64,000 bases of DNA from Flaccisagitta enflata. Taxonomy: Eukaryota. The notes below the pieces were generated by a model, which had not been told where the DNA came from, did no database searches, and saw only the letters and a list, made by a program, of their open reading frames with translations. The position numbers were made by a program, and so were the translations under genes. Shown here piece by piece: positions 61,901 through 64,000 of this stretch. Location: the NCBI GenBank assembly GCA_965153355.1, contig OZ231126.1, positions 15,810,001 to 15,874,000 of the forward strand, read 5' to 3'. Positions within the stretch are counted from its first letter, which is position 1, and each line of letters opens with the position of its first letter.

Positions 61901-62622
61901 CTCAACGATTCCTTTAATCAGATGTTTTCGCCACCTCCGCCACCGTCTCCCTACGCCACTTCTCCGGCGTCGCCTGCGTTGATCAATTACGGCGACGCCG
62001 CCTCGACTTCGCCTTTTCCGATTCCTCCACCGGCGCTTCCTCAGACGCCGCCTCAGTCCACGGCTGTTACTACCACCACCAAAGTATTAGATACTTCCGT
62101 TTGTCGAGACGTCGATCCCTCCTCGACGCTCTTTTCTCCGCCGCAATTGAAAGCGTCTCCGAAAGTGAGCCCTTCCTTGTTGCGACCCGTGGCTATGCCC
62201 GTCGCATCATCCACCGCCCCGTCGGCTTCCGCTCTTTATTATCATCGTGGCGAAGAGCCTCCGGCGTGTATGGATAAGCAGTCTACTTTCAACGTTCATA
62301 ACGACGATTCCTCGGCGTTCTCGAGGTTCCAGCAGCTCAATGGGTCGACGACGGCGTCAGCTTCCGATAGCGCTACGACTTCGATCTCCACGTGCCCGTC
62401 AACTCCAACGTCCTCATCGACACCGCCACCGACGACGTCGGTTTACGAAAGTCCCGAGATTTCCACGTTGACGCGGACTCCGTTGTACGCAAGGTCCCCT
62501 TCTACCAACGTCGTCGTGGATATGGATCCTAATGGGCGCTCCAATCCCATTCCGGATAATTTCTCCTCTCCGATCTCCGCGGAGCATTCTCTCGCCGTTA
62601 CGCCGAAGAGTAACGCTTTGAA
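58922..62622 (+). CDS. Large low-complexity coiled-coil protein, possibly tastin/TROAP-like (partial gene)
   Basis: Exon 58922-59012 joins in phase to a 3439-nt open exon 59184-62622 that ends at AA|GTAAGT. Motifs PVPDFKKLHQKW and DFQEDKNALKSILTNEGL (recalled as similar to tastin FVADPAALATILSGEG), plus Q-, D- and P/S-rich tracts. Coding status is strong; identity is tentative. Confidence 0.8.
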
Positions 62623-64000
62623 GTAAGTTGTTTAGAAGTAGAAGATGAGAAGGATAGCATGAATGACTTCGGAGCAGTATGGAATGATAAAAGTTGTTGA
62701 TCCGTGAAGTTCTCACAGTTGGACGAACTCGAAGACAGACACTCGTTAAGATAGAGAAATAGAAATGGGAAAAAAATAATGGGAAAAAAAGTGAACTAAG
62801 AGTGACAAAAGGTGAAAAAGAAAAAAGCCCTACAAAGATACAAAAACAAAAGGGCAAAACGACGAGAACCAAAAGAAAAAAAAGAAATAGATACAAAAAA
62901 GTATTTAATAATAGTCGCAAAAGAGTTACATGGTCAGCGGTACCTGATGCCCCTAAGTTAGTGTACGTGGGAATAAGATTATGAGGGGCCGATGACCTAT
63001 GATTCCACATAGGACAATTTTCTCCGGTGTGAGAAGCTGGTTTGGAGGGCTGAGAGGCCTGATTTTGGCTCCAAAAGGTCTGATTTAGGGTGTGAGAGGT
63101 GTGGTTTGGGGTCTGAGAGGTTTGATTTGGGGTCTGAAAGGCCTTATTTGGGTCTGAGGGGTCTAATTTGGGGTCTGAAAAGCCTGACATGGGGTCTGAG
63201 GCCTGATTTGGATCTGAGAGGCCTAACTTGGGGTCTGAGAAGCCTGATCTGGCAGCCGGTTATCCTATAATTCTTATGATCGTAAGTTCATGGGTTAGAA
63301 GGCTTACAATCGTAGGTTTTCTGGACTCTATAACAAAGGGGAATTGAGTTATTTCTTCATAACCTTAAAAGCGCTGCTTCGATTTTTTTCATTTTTTAGG
63401 TCAGTATCTGGAGCGAGAATACTCACTTATGCATGCAAAAACTATCATCGCCACTCTTCTGTAAAAAGGTTAAATATGATAATAAATGTAGCTTTCTACA
63501 ATGCTTACGATTCTAGGTTTTCTTGCTTAGAAAGCTTACGATTCTAGGAAACTTGCATAGAAAGCTTACGATTCTAGGACTCCTTTGACTTAGTGTGCAT
63601 GTGTCAATAAAATGTTAAACAACCATATATTGTTCTTCTGCCTATTTTTGATTTGTATTTACACAAGGATGTGTAGTACAATAATCAAGTTTAAAACAGA
63701 CCTGTATATAGTTCTACAACATCCCCCCCCCCACCCTTGGGGGGCGGGAAATAATCAAAAGATTTGGAGATGGGGAAAAGATTTAAGAGGTAAAAAAGAG
63801 AAAAAAAGAAAATTTGGGAAAAATAAAAATTTTTGCAGTTCCAAATCATAAAAACCGATTAGTAAAACACAATCTAACACTATTCAAACCTTAAAAACAC
63901 TGTTTTCTTCCTATATAGGGAAGAAAATCATAACTTTTGTAATGCGACACAACATGTTGCGGGGAAGAAAATCAAAGGCAGGGGGGGGGGGGAGAAATTA

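Overview
Eukaryotic (most likely invertebrate animal) genomic DNA with GT-AG introns, AT-rich introns and a very high load of non-autonomous transposons. I spliced eight genes by hand. (1) The 3' end of an unidentified gene. (2) A Na+/H+ exchanger NHE8/SLC9A8 (+, about 7.6-30 kb). Its introns host three complete antisense genes: (3) a COMTD1-like O-methyltransferase, (4) a CRT-like (chloroquine-resistance-transporter family) membrane protein and (5) a multi-Ig type-I membrane protein. Further along are (6) an orphan basic/coiled-coil nuclear protein with an intronic 5'-truncated LINE, (7) UBXN4 and (8) a tastin-like protein with a 3.4-kb exon. The most striking signal is the CRT-like and O-methyltransferase pair. 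They lie 102 nt apart on the same strand with a poly(A) signal on the upstream stop and a splice acceptor 2 nt before the downstream ATG, which is the layout of a trans-spliced operon, here hidden inside an intron. Other notable items are a MITE with RSS-like ends (CACAGTG heptamer plus a nonamer-like motif), a MITE that has duplicated an NHE8 splice donor, five-level nesting of genes and elements, and a TIR-bounded element packed with telomere-like/G4 minisatellites. Family assignments come from recalled motifs, not database searches.
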